DNA of 64,000 nucleotides from Candidatus Undinarchaeota archaeon (lineage in GTDB: Archaea; SpSt-1190; JASMDC01), in assembly GCA_964519305.1 (NCBI GenBank), contig CAZFHY010000007.1:1-64000 (forward strand), written 5' to 3'. The notes under the pieces are model-generated. The model saw only the letters and a program-made list of their open reading frames with translations, ran no database searches and had not been told where the DNA came from. Position 1 is the first letter of the stretch. Every line of letters begins with the position of its first letter. Both the position numbers and the translations under genes were made by a program. This document shows, in pieces, positions 40,294-49,691 of the stretch.

Positions 40294-40980
40294 TCAGGGC
40301 GTGCTTTTCTTCTTTCTTGGGATGAGCGAATCGATTTTACCTGCGAAGAAAATCAAGATCAAACCTATCGCGATATTGATATAGGTCGCTCGTACGTTCC
40401 CTTTGAACAACATGTCAATGAAACCCGCATGTTCAACCGTTCCCTTTACGATAGCGACCTGATAATCGACCGATTCACCACAGTGTGGCTCATTGACCTC
40501 GAACGCTTTACATGTGAATCCGCATTGGCTACCAATATCATTTGATTCAAGAGATCTTCCCACAACGACATTTCCGTTCTTTAGTAGAAAGGCATAACCT
40601 AGGATTCCACCCTTTCCCTGGACAGCATATACCAAAGGCGAATCCAATGAGAGTGGGCCTTTGTACACCAGAAAAATTATACTGCCCCCCTCCTTTCTGA
40701 TATGCACCGTCGAATCACATCGTACTTGATAATCATTGACGAATCGTATTATCTTGTAGTTTTCTAGCTGCTCATCAAGCTTACCAATAATGGGGTTGAT
40801 TTCCTTGGATTCAGCTCCGGATTCGATGAACAACTTTTCTATGTCCTCTTTTGTAACGACCTCGTACGCGTCTGCACTCGCGTAATTGAAGTTCTTTGCT
40901 CGTACTCCACCGAAGAGGCCGATAAGGAGGAGCATGACACCCAGTACGACAAACTTCGGTGTTGCTGACAAATCAATCAC
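40294..40980 (-). CDS. Hypothetical membrane protein (N- and C-terminal TM), AT-richer
   Basis: Hydrophobic termini; overlaps the TPR gene stop. Confidence 0.65.
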   Translation of the reverse strand: MIDLSATPKFVVLGVMLLLIGLFGGVRAKNFNYASADAYEVVTKEDIEKLFIESGAESKEINPIIGKLDEQLENYKIIRFVNDYQVRCDSTVHIRKEGGSIIFLVYKGPLSLDSPLVYAVQGKGGILGYAFLLKNGNVVVGRSLESNDIGSQCGFTCKAFEVNEPHCGESVDYQVAIVKGTVEHAGFIDMLFKGNVRATYINIAIGLILIFFAGKIDSLIPRKKKSTP

Positions 40981-41905
40981 CTAACTGAGCCTTGAGGGTA
41001 AGAGCGCCTTTATGCTTCGGATTAATCTGCAGCGCTTTTGCCACACATTTCTGTGCCGTGGTCGCGTCCCCTGACGTATGAGAGGCTTTTCCGAGGTCTG
41101 TCCAGATGTCGGGATTGTCTGGTCGGGCTTTAACCGCGGCCTTAAGGTGTGCCATCCCTTCAGCCACCTTGCCACTACTTACTTCAGCACCTCCGAGCGC
41201 TCCGATCGCCTCTGGATTGTTCGGGCTCATCTTCACTGCACGTTCGAAAGCCTCAAGGGCGCGAGCTTGGTCACCCATTTCCTCGAAGGTCCGCCCCATG
41301 TTTAAAAGGATAGTGATGTTCTCAGGATCGACGCGAAGGGCACGACGAAGGCAAACGAGCGCTTTGTCCGGAGTGTTTTCCAGACGATATAGCGTAGCCA
41401 TATTGTTCCATGCATCTGTGTCATCAGGCCTGGCTTTCGAAGCGCGTTTATAGCAATTGAGCGCGTTCTTGATATCACCGCTCTTTCTCAGGGCTAATCC
41501 AAGATTGAACCAGGCGTCGACAAGTCCATCATTGAGCTTGACTGCCCGTTTGAGCGCCTTCACACCGTCTTGAAGGGAACCTGTCTGTGAAAGGACAGCA
41601 CCGAGATTGCTCCATGCCTCAGCGTTCTCAGGTGCGGTCCTTACCGCTTGCTGGAGACATTTCAACGCTTGCTGGTCGTCACCAGTATGCATATAGGCTG
41701 AAGCGAGGTTGGTCCATGCTGACACGCGGCCCTTGTCAACACCTAACGCCTTTCTATAACATTCGATGGCCTTCTCACTGTTCCCTTGGAGCTCAAGAGC
41801 GATCCCAAGGACCTCCCATGCATCGGCGTCGTTAGCGTTCTGACGAAGGGCTTCGCGGCATTGGTCCGCGATGTTGTTAACAACCGAATGGTCGAGCTCT
41901 GCCAT
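40973..41905 (-). CDS. Tetratricopeptide repeat protein
   Basis: About eight 34-aa repeats (AW.NLG....G....A..C...A....P). Confidence 0.93.
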   Translation of the reverse strand: MAELDHSVVNNIADQCREALRQNANDADAWEVLGIALELQGNSEKAIECYRKALGVDKGRVSAWTNLASAYMHTGDDQQALKCLQQAVRTAPENAEAWSNLGAVLSQTGSLQDGVKALKRAVKLNDGLVDAWFNLGLALRKSGDIKNALNCYKRASKARPDDTDAWNNMATLYRLENTPDKALVCLRRALRVDPENITILLNMGRTFEEMGDQARALEAFERAVKMSPNNPEAIGALGGAEVSSGKVAEGMAHLKAAVKARPDNPDIWTDLGKASHTSGDATTAQKCVAKALQINPKHKGALTLKAQLGD

Positions 41906-42057
41906 CTACTATCTTGATGTTTCGGCTAATGCTTAAAAAACCAACCCGCGGGCCTATTCTGTATATACGAACCCAACCATACTTATATAACGGTTTATTA
42001 CTAGTGTCTCGTTCAGTGATAGCGGGGACTATATTTGGCCGACGCCGACACGTGCGA

Positions 42058-45000
42058 ATGCTGACCGCACTAGTCCTCATATTACTACTTTCCCTAGGCA
42101 CCAGCTGGTGGGATGATGAGTGGCACTATCGAGTAGGGTTCAATGTAACTGCCGAACAGGTTATGCGTGAAGTGCCTGTCGAGCTCACGATAAACCTTGG
42201 TAGTCTCGTGGACAAGGACCTCGATATGAACTCTGTTCGGATAGTGCGCGCCATTAGGGCGAATGACTATCCTCTTGATCCGATGTTCTCGTGGTCGGAT
42301 GAATCTATCCACATCTACTTCGTGCTCGAACGCATCCCCGTCGAAACACAGCAGTACTATGTCTATTTCGATGTAACCGATTTTCCGGAGAAGGAGGCAA
42401 TAACCTTCAATAACACCGAACTCGGTGTAGACTACCGGGATATGAACGGCGATGGTGTCGAGGACATCCTACTCTACAACAGCAAGGTCGATGTGGTGCT
42501 CTCCGGGAGGAGCGGTGCCCCACTCCAACTCACTGACAAGTACCAACGTGGTATCGGCAACTTTACATACGTCGCTGAGGACGAATCGTGCTTCACGATA
42601 GACCAGTCGAAGGTCGTGCGTAAGGATTACTCCACTATCGTGGACAATCACAAGGCGACAGCAACGTTCACATCGACGATTGATGATGTTAACCTGGTGA
42701 AGGGGAGGGACCTCGAGTTCTATTGGGAGGCCGAGATCGAGGAGAATACGACAGTTGTATGGCTCACGTTCACCATCACCAACCTCTTTCAGCTTGAGGA
42801 GAGTTACACCGGTTGCGAAGACTGCGAGTATTCACGGTTGTTATTGAATTCAAGCTTACCATTCTTCAACATAAAGAGCCACGGACAGACCGAGACGACC
42901 TTCGAGTACGACCATTCGTGGGACGGACCTCGTATGGTGTTCGGTGACGTGGGGTACTTCTATACGCTCCTCCTCACGGACCCGGGGGTAATTCATGGTG
43001 CCTGCCACGATCCGAGGGCACTGACGATGAAAGAGTTCGAGCTCGGCACAGATGCCACGTTCACGCTACCCATGGTCGCCACGCACACGACGAGCTACGG
43101 TCATATCGACGAGATCCTCAACAGGTTGAACAGTTCTGTAACCATTGAGACCGGTAGCCTAGAGTACATCAACTACTGCGGTGACGGTAAGTGCAATCCC
43201 GAAGAATGTTTCGAGATGTGCGAGGACTGCTCGTCTGGTGACTTCAACAGCACGTGCGTCGGCGATAGCTTCTGTGCTTGGCAGGTGTACGGTGAGAACT
43301 GTGAGACGAGCGCGGATGACTGCTCCTGTACGGATGTGGAGTATTGTAAACCCGATAACAAGCTATCCAACGAGTTCGGTTGCGTTCGCAAGAGCATGAA
43401 GATAGATGAGGGGATGACCTGCGTCTCCAATGAAGACTGTCAGACTGGGAACTGTGTCAATGGCATCTGTTGTCAGGAAGGAAAGGACTGCTGCCTGACC
43501 CACGAACACTGCGGTTCTGACAGGTATTGTCTTTTCGACCTGCTCTATTGCACGAGCAAGAAGGAGAACGGCGTCGTGTGCAATGCGTCGCTTGAGTGTA
43601 GTAGTGGTAATTGTAAAAATGTCTGCTGTCAGGCAGGATCGCTATGCTGCAGGGATGATGAGGACTGTCTCTATGGCATGTGCACCGATAATAACTTCTG
43701 TATCATCTACCTCCCTGAGATCGTAGTTGACAAGACTCTGACGAGCAAGAATATCACCATCGACAAAGAGACGGACATCACCGTCATCGTGAAGAATGTC
43801 GGACGGGGTCTCGCCCATAAGATCATCGCCACCGATCCCCTCCCTGAGAACACGGAACTGGTGCGTGGCTTGAACCAGGTTGAGATCGAGTATCTTCTGC
43901 CCGAACGGGAGCACGCCTATAGCTATACCGTACGCGGCATCATAAGTGAAGGGAATGCGACCGTGGGGAACGCAACAGCGGGAAATGCAACGACCATCAA
44001 TGAAACGAGTGGGGGCGGTCCCGCAGTCACCAGGACCACTTGGCTGTACGAGGTCAACAAGACCATCGTGGAGGTGTTCGACCAGGAGGAGGATAAGACC
44101 ACTGTGGTGGTCACACCTGGTGAAGTCAGGATCGTGGTGGCCACACCGACCCCTGTACCGACGATGGTGCCGACACCCGAGCCGACCCCTGAATCCACTC
44201 CCGAGCCTACGCCGACTCCTACTCCTACTCCCACTCCAGTGCCTACTCCCGTGCATCCGGAGCTCACGCCCAGACCTACGGTGACTGAAACGCCACCACC
44301 TGAGGAGGACATACAGTACGATGATTGGGAGGTCGTGGACAAAGCACAGGGCGGTCTCGGACAAGAGCATCTGAAGAGCCTCATGACCTACACCGTCGGG
44401 CGCACCATCAAGTCGTTCTCAAATATCGGACATGTTAAGAAGGCCCCGGAGGGTGATGTTTTCTCATCAATCTCGTTCACCTATTCCTGCAACTACGATA
44501 ACAAGGTGGTCTATCTCGAACTCATCGACGATAGTGGGAAGACCCTCTGGGGGAACAACGTTCCGGGGAGGTCGTCCGGAACGGAGGAGATCACTGACCT
44601 GAACACGACATCCGTCACCTTCCGCCTCATCGCCATCAAGGGTGGACGAACACCCAAAAAGGAAAAAGCGTGGTACGCGACGGTCCAAGATGTAAAGGTG
44701 ACGACCGGAGGGGCAAAATCAACTCCGAGCTCATTTCTGCCGACCACTAGCGAGGACTCCACCGTCGCTGAGAAGGTCCGGGCGTATGGGCCCTATATCG
44801 TAATAATCGCTTTGATAGGTGCGATCGTCATCAAGCGGGACGAGATCAAGGGCCGGATAGAGGAAATGAAGACACGCATGGCCAAGAAGAAGGAAGAAGA
44901 GGCTAAGGCCGCGGAGACAGGCCCTGAGGAGGAGGCCACGCTGGAACCTGAACCGACGCTCACTGAAAGTGATGACTTGCTCGGTGGGGAGGGGGCCCTG

Positions 45001-45627
45001 TTGGAGGGCGAAGGCGACATCCTCGCGGACGAGGGTGCGTTGCCTGGAGCGACGCCCGCACCGGCCGATGAAGCGACTGCTGTCACAGCTCCGGCAGGTG
45101 ACGACCTCCTGGGCGGAGAGGATGACTTGTTCGGCGGTGAGGACGACCTTCTTGGTGGAGAGGGGGATGATATCTTCGGTGGTGAGGATGATCTTCTCGG
45201 TGGTGAGGATGATGATATCTTCGGGGGAGAGGTCGAGGAAGCGCCGCTGGAGGAGGAGCAGCCACCTGCCCTCACTGGTATACTGGGCAACGTCATGGCT
45301 TCAGCTTCCACTGAGATAATGGCCGACGATATCGGTTCGAAGGATATTTCGCTCGGATTCGAACACCGTGACCGTGTAGCAAAGATTCAGGAACATGCTG
45401 AGTCCCTTGACCTGTTCATCGAATCGAAAAAGAAGTTCGCTGATGGTAAGAGGCTCCAATCCCTTGAGGCGCTACAAGCGCGTATCAAGACAATTTCTAG
45501 TGAGGGTGCAAATAGTCTGAGCTCTGTCCAACAGGGGAGCATGGAACGCGCTGACCTGGAAGGTGTTCTTACTAATGTGGAGCAGGAGCTCAAGAAGGTA
45601 GTTGATTTCTTCGGCATCGACCTATAA
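42058..45627 (+). CDS. Large cell-surface protein (WW..W.YR N-domain, Cys modules, DUF11/CARDB-like domain, PT linker, TM, acidic GGEDDL repeats)
   Basis: Signal peptide MLTALVLILLLSLG; WWDDEWHYRV; CGDGKC; IVKNVG...DPLP; PTPT; TM YIVIIALIGAIVI. Confidence 0.8.
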   Translation: MLTALVLILLLSLGTSWWDDEWHYRVGFNVTAEQVMREVPVELTINLGSLVDKDLDMNSVRIVRAIRANDYPLDPMFSWSDESIHIYFVLERIPVETQQYYVYFDVTDFPEKEAITFNNTELGVDYRDMNGDGVEDILLYNSKVDVVLSGRSGAPLQLTDKYQRGIGNFTYVAEDESCFTIDQSKVVRKDYSTIVDNHKATATFTSTIDDVNLVKGRDLEFYWEAEIEENTTVVWLTFTITNLFQLEESYTGCEDCEYSRLLLNSSLPFFNIKSHGQTETTFEYDHSWDGPRMVFGDVGYFYTLLLTDPGVIHGACHDPRALTMKEFELGTDATFTLPMVATHTTSYGHIDEILNRLNSSVTIETGSLEYINYCGDGKCNPEECFEMCEDCSSGDFNSTCVGDSFCAWQVYGENCETSADDCSCTDVEYCKPDNKLSNEFGCVRKSMKIDEGMTCVSNEDCQTGNCVNGICCQEGKDCCLTHEHCGSDRYCLFDLLYCTSKKENGVVCNASLECSSGNCKNVCCQAGSLCCRDDEDCLYGMCTDNNFCIIYLPEIVVDKTLTSKNITIDKETDITVIVKNVGRGLAHKIIATDPLPENTELVRGLNQVEIEYLLPEREHAYSYTVRGIISEGNATVGNATAGNATTINETSGGGPAVTRTTWLYEVNKTIVEVFDQEEDKTTVVVTPGEVRIVVATPTPVPTMVPTPEPTPESTPEPTPTPTPTPTPVPTPVHPELTPRPTVTETPPPEEDIQYDDWEVVDKAQGGLGQEHLKSLMTYTVGRTIKSFSNIGHVKKAPEGDVFSSISFTYSCNYDNKVVYLELIDDSGKTLWGNNVPGRSSGTEEITDLNTTSVTFRLIAIKGGRTPKKEKAWYATVQDVKVTTGGAKSTPSSFLPTTSEDSTVAEKVRAYGPYIVIIALIGAIVIKRDEIKGRIEEMKTRMAKKKEEEAKAAETGPEEEATLEPEPTLTESDDLLGGEGALLEGEGDILADEGALPGATPAPADEATAVTAPAGDDLLGGEDDLFGGEDDLLGGEGDDIFGGEDDLLGGEDDDIFGGEVEEAPLEEEQPPALTGILGNVMASASTEIMADDIGSKDISLGFEHRDRVAKIQEHAESLDLFIESKKKFADGKRLQSLEALQARIKTISSEGANSLSSVQQGSMERADLEGVLTNVEQELKKVVDFFGIDL
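44143..44302 (+). repeat. Pro-Thr (PT/PE) linker repeat
   Basis: TPTPVPTMVPTPEPTPESTPEPTPTPTPTPTP. Confidence 0.85.
45097..45230 (+). repeat. 21-24 bp coding repeat GG(E)DD(L/I)(L/F), about 6 copies
   Basis: GDDLLGGEDDLFGGEDDLLGGEGDDIFGGEDDLLGGEDDDIFGG. Confidence 0.85.
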
Positions 45628-45771
45628 GCGACCATCACTTGGAAACGCTACAAGGCATAAAGACCACTTGTCCGAGTCTCTGCATTCGGAACCGATAGTA
45701 TAGAGAATATGGAGAATAATTACGCAAGGGATTTGTGCACGAACGGTATTATTGTTTATTGCGACGTACGT

Positions 45772-45852
45772 GAAGGGGCGGAGTGTGTGGAACCCCAGTG
45801 GGTCTCCTTCCTCCCCCAAGTGTCACCCGCCCCTTCTTTCCCCCCTTCTTTA
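45772..45852 (+). ncRNA. Candidate small structured RNA
   Basis: Perfect 10-bp terminal stem (45772-45781 / 45827-45836), pyrimidine-rich interior, following T-rich tract, AT-rich element upstream. Confidence 0.3.
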
Positions 45853-45865
45853 ATCAGACACTCCT

Positions 45866-45903
45866 GACAGGATATTGTACCTGTCTGTGAAAAGGTTTTT
45901 ATG
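45866..45903 (+). promoter_or_regulatory. Palindromic operator-like site plus BRE/TATA of the lar operon
   Basis: GACAGG-N8-CCTGTC immediately before GAAAAGGTTTTTATG, about 20-30 nt before the larE start. Confidence 0.4.
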
Positions 45904-45920
45904 CGGCTGCCTTACACTCA

Positions 45921-46817
45921 ATGATGGACATCTACATGGATGCGAGCTCATTGAATGGGAACGGTTCACAAGTGAGTCCGGCCAAGGACAATGGCCGGGA
46001 ACAGAAGCTTGAGGCTTTACGTGATTACCTCAAACAATGCGGTTCTGTCCTCGTTGCCTTATCTGGAGGAGTGGATTCCTCCGTATTAGCAGCAGTCGCG
46101 TTCGATGTTCTCGGTAAGGACGCCGTAGCGGCGACGGCTTTTTCTGAGACCTTGCCTTCACGTGACCGGAAGGATGCTAGGACGATCGTGGACCTGCTAG
46201 GAATTCGCCATGTGACCAGGAAGACACAGGAACTTGACATCCCGGGCTATGCTGAGAACGGTCCTGATCGATGCTACCTATGCAAGCGGTCATTAGCATC
46301 CGAGCTCAAGGATATCGCTCGAGAGGAAGGTCTGGAAAAAATATTGGAGGCCACGACCATTACTGAGGCTCAGTCCGAGGACCGACCCGGGCTCCGGGCT
46401 CTTCGAGAGGCGGGGATCCGCAGTCCGTTCTTGGAGCTCGATATCGGAAAGGACGATGTCCGTGCTATTGCGAGGATCTATGGGCTCCCCGTGGCCGAAA
46501 AACCATCATCGGCATGTCTGTCCTCCCGTTTCCCTCATGGTGAACTTATCACGGTCGAGGGGCTCCAGCGTGTATCACGAGCGGAAGGGATAGTCAGGGA
46601 CCGATTGGAAGCAATTCAAGTAAGAGTGCGGTCACAGGGCCGTGGTGCTCGAATAGAGCTGGATCCTCGTACGCTTGAGCGCATCATGTCATCTGAATGC
46701 CGTACGACCCTCACCGAAACAGTTAAAGAACTGAAGTCGCTGGGTTTCTCCCATGTCGCCATCGACCTCGAGGGGTACCGGCCTGGCGGGGCCGACGACC
46801 CCGGAAGAGGTTCTTGA
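45921..46817 (+). CDS. larE: ATP-dependent sulfur transferase LarE (nickel-pincer cofactor biosynthesis)
   Basis: PP-loop SGGVDSS, RCYLCK, DRPG, KPSSACLSSRFP, QVRVR, IDLEGYR. Confidence 0.93.
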   Translation: MMDIYMDASSLNGNGSQVSPAKDNGREQKLEALRDYLKQCGSVLVALSGGVDSSVLAAVAFDVLGKDAVAATAFSETLPSRDRKDARTIVDLLGIRHVTRKTQELDIPGYAENGPDRCYLCKRSLASELKDIAREEGLEKILEATTITEAQSEDRPGLRALREAGIRSPFLELDIGKDDVRAIARIYGLPVAEKPSSACLSSRFPHGELITVEGLQRVSRAEGIVRDRLEAIQVRVRSQGRGARIELDPRTLERIMSSECRTTLTETVKELKSLGFSHVAIDLEGYRPGGADDPGRGS

Positions 46818-47580
46818 TTCCTATCATGATGGCTCGATTTCCCGCAAAGAGGCCATCGCAGCCTTAGAGGGTCTGAGCGTGCTCTCCGTTGGTTCTCTTG
46901 CTCGCATCGATCTGAACAGGGAGGCCAGATGTGGAGTGCCGGAGGTCGTGTACGGAGAGGGAAAGAGGCTTAATGAGCTCAAGGATATCGCACTAGCTAT
47001 GCTCAGAGAACGGGGGAAGGTCATCATTACGCGCCTTTCGCCGGAGCGTCGTGACGTCATCGTACCCCTTCTCAAGGATGCTGACATCGAGTACGACGAT
47101 GACGCCCAGGCTCTTGTGGCCCGTCGAAAGGGGTCCATGAAGAAAGAGAGCTATAAAGGGACCATCGCGGTCCTCACGGCCGGTACATCTGACATACCTG
47201 TCGCTGCTGAATGTGGACTTATCGCAAAGGAACTTGGATTGAAGGTGATCATGTTCAATGATGTTGGTGTTGCGGGAGTGCATAGGTTAGTACCCTGTAT
47301 CAAGACACTGGTGGATGAGAAGGTGGATTGCATCATTGTCGTGGCCGGAATGGAGGGTGCGCTTCCCTCGCTCGTGGCCGGGCTCGTTGACGTCCCCGTC
47401 ATCGGGGTTCCTACATCGATCGGCTATGGTGCCAACCTTGGAGGGATGACCACTCTGCTTTCGATGCTTTGTTCATGTGCGCCGGGGCTCGCTGTTGTCA
47501 ACGTGGATAATGGATTCGGGGCAGCAGTGTTCGCACGCAAGGTCTGCATCACGCATCGGAGAACGGAGGGTTCACCATGA
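46753..47580 (+). CDS. larB: NaAD carboxylase/hydrolase LarB
   Basis: R..RCGVPEVVYGEGK, TAGTSD, DVGVAG, AGMEGALPS, PTSIGYG, VVNVDNGFGAA; start uncertain. Confidence 0.93.
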   Translation: MSPSTSRGTGLAGPTTPEEVLDSYHDGSISRKEAIAALEGLSVLSVGSLARIDLNREARCGVPEVVYGEGKRLNELKDIALAMLRERGKVIITRLSPERRDVIVPLLKDADIEYDDDAQALVARRKGSMKKESYKGTIAVLTAGTSDIPVAAECGLIAKELGLKVIMFNDVGVAGVHRLVPCIKTLVDEKVDCIIVVAGMEGALPSLVAGLVDVPVIGVPTSIGYGANLGGMTTLLSMLCSCAPGLAVVNVDNGFGAAVFARKVCITHRRTEGSP

Positions 47581-48029
47581 GCGTTGGACCCGGACGTATA
47601 GCTGGTGGAGGGCATGATATCCAGGTACAGACTACCGTTGACGATGTCACGGGCGAAGTGCTCGGATATACGATGGACCGTCTACTTGAGGCAGGATCAT
47701 CTGACGTTACATTCACACCTGTCACCATGAAGAAAGGCCGACCCGGCATCACCGTCACAGTGCTATGTGCAGAATCGCTCCTTGATCAGGTCTGTGACAT
47801 CCTTATTGCTGAGCTCGGGACACTTGGTGTACGATGGTGGCCTGTTCATCGCAGAAAGGTCGAGCGTCGGTTCGAAGAGGTATCTGTGATGGGGGAGCGT
47901 ATCACACTCAAGACCGGTACCGTGAACGGTCGAGATGCAATGAGCAAGCTTGAATACGATGACGCGTGCAAGGTGGCTCAGAAGCTCAAGATACCTTTGA
48001 GGCGGGTCCTTGAGGAGGGAAAGCAATGA
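47577..48029 (+). CDS. larC: Nickel insertion protein LarC, C-terminal (LarC2) domain only
   Basis: TTVDDVTGE, MKKGRPG, GTLGVR, KLEYDD; no N-terminal or His-rich part. Confidence 0.85.
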   Translation: MSVGPGRIAGGGHDIQVQTTVDDVTGEVLGYTMDRLLEAGSSDVTFTPVTMKKGRPGITVTVLCAESLLDQVCDILIAELGTLGVRWWPVHRRKVERRFEEVSVMGERITLKTGTVNGRDAMSKLEYDDACKVAQKLKIPLRRVLEEGKQ

Positions 48030-48928
48030 GCATACTCGTTGTCGGCGATATAGCCGTGGACTCACTAGGTATCGTCAGTCATTTCCCGGAGGTCAGCACT
48101 AATGCAGAGGTCAATAACTTCACGAAGGCCTTTGGTGGCAGTGCTGCGAACACAGCAGTGGTCGCTCGGATGTTGGGGGACAAGGTCGGTTTTGCATCCG
48201 TGATAGGTCATGATTTCCCAGAAGGGTACATGGACCGGTTGAAGACGATGAAGCTTGACCTTTCCTACCTTGGGAAGAGCGAGTTGAACACGACATCCGT
48301 GTTCATCTTCAGCAAGGGTAACGATCAGGTCTCATTCTTCTATCCGGGTTCAAGTCAGGAGCTCGATGGGATGCGCATCCCGCGCGACTACTTGTCCAAG
48401 TTCGATATTGTCCACATGTGCCGTAACTTCCCGAGCCTCCAGTACCGTATCGTACGAGAATGCCGGGACCTACGTACGAAGGTGTCGTACAATCCTGGTT
48501 ACGGCATCGATGAGATGGACAAGCTCCACCTCAGACGTATCATCAAGGGTACTGATATCCTCTTCCTGAACGAGGCTGAACTCGATTACATGCTGGAGCT
48601 CTTCGGGCTCGAGGCACCCCATGACGTTCGGGGATGGGCTGACCTCGACATCCTTGTCCTCACGCTTGGAAAGGATGGCTCCCGCGTCATAACACGGGAA
48701 GGGGAGGATGCTATCGTCCCGGCCATCGAGCTACAGGTCGTGGATCCCACCGGCGCAGGTGACTCGTTCACTGCGGGTTTCCTCACATCTCTAGTGCAAA
48801 CAGGGGATCCTGTCGAAGCAGCAAAGATCGGTTCGGCGACCGCTAGCTATGTCATCACCAGCACGGAGACACAGCCGACCATCACGTTGGACAATGTGAT
48901 GGAGAAACGAAGAAGTCAATATATCTAA
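48026..48928 (+). CDS. PfkB/ribokinase family (nucleoside kinase-like)
   Basis: GGSAANTA, LFLNEAE, TLGKDG, DPTGAGDSF. Confidence 0.9.
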   Translation: MSILVVGDIAVDSLGIVSHFPEVSTNAEVNNFTKAFGGSAANTAVVARMLGDKVGFASVIGHDFPEGYMDRLKTMKLDLSYLGKSELNTTSVFIFSKGNDQVSFFYPGSSQELDGMRIPRDYLSKFDIVHMCRNFPSLQYRIVRECRDLRTKVSYNPGYGIDEMDKLHLRRIIKGTDILFLNEAELDYMLELFGLEAPHDVRGWADLDILVLTLGKDGSRVITREGEDAIVPAIELQVVDPTGAGDSFTAGFLTSLVQTGDPVEAAKIGSATASYVITSTETQPTITLDNVMEKRRSQYI

Positions 48929-48989
48929 GAGCTGAAAAAGAATGATGCTCCTCCAAGCTCGAACGGGAACGGACCGCGCGTGATGTGCT

Positions 48990-49691
48990 ATGGGGATTGA
49001 TGTTCTTGGGAATCGACAGGCTATATCCCAGTTCAGGGGTCGGTTCGAGTCGATGGCGAAGGGCAAGCTGATACGGCTCGGTAACGCGGTCCCAGGTGCG
49101 GGACGATACGATCCATCAGCACTCTATGCTCATCTTATCACTGCTCTGGCACCGCTCGCCAAGAGAGACCTTTTCAGACCCAATGCGTTCTCAAAGGAGC
49201 GACGTCTCCATGCAGATGCAGGGACTGGGCCGATCTTCGACTTCGCGGACGAACTCCTTGAAAAACTCCTTGATTTCTCAGCCCTCCATGGTGACAAGGA
49301 CCTGCAGGATGACCTGCGGTCCGTTCAATGGAGCGATATACCGCGGCGATTGGATCTTGAGAGCGAGATAGCGGAACTGACGACTGAGCTTGATCCCAAG
49401 ACATTCCTATTCTCCTGGGACCGGGCCGTAAAGGGCTTTTTCCATAAGTATACTCGCGTCTTCACTCACGATGAGCTATGGTATTCGATATACCTTCGTG
49501 AGCTGGAGGACTGTGCGTTCCTCGTTCTATCAGTGAAGGACGAAGAGCTCGAGCAGGAGCTCAACCGCTTTTTATCCTTGCTGCTTATCGTATATCCGTC
49601 AACATGGCGAAGCAGGAAGGGTGTGCTCGATGTCCTTTGGTCCCGCGCGGTGAGCTTCTATAACAGGCGCTTTGGAATGTATGACCAATAA
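48990..49691 (+). CDS. Hypothetical protein
   Basis: 233-aa ORF filling the gap with coding-like composition; no motif recognised. Confidence 0.5.
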   Translation: MGIDVLGNRQAISQFRGRFESMAKGKLIRLGNAVPGAGRYDPSALYAHLITALAPLAKRDLFRPNAFSKERRLHADAGTGPIFDFADELLEKLLDFSALHGDKDLQDDLRSVQWSDIPRRLDLESEIAELTTELDPKTFLFSWDRAVKGFFHKYTRVFTHDELWYSIYLRELEDCAFLVLSVKDEELEQELNRFLSLLLIVYPSTWRSRKGVLDVLWSRAVSFYNRRFGMYDQ

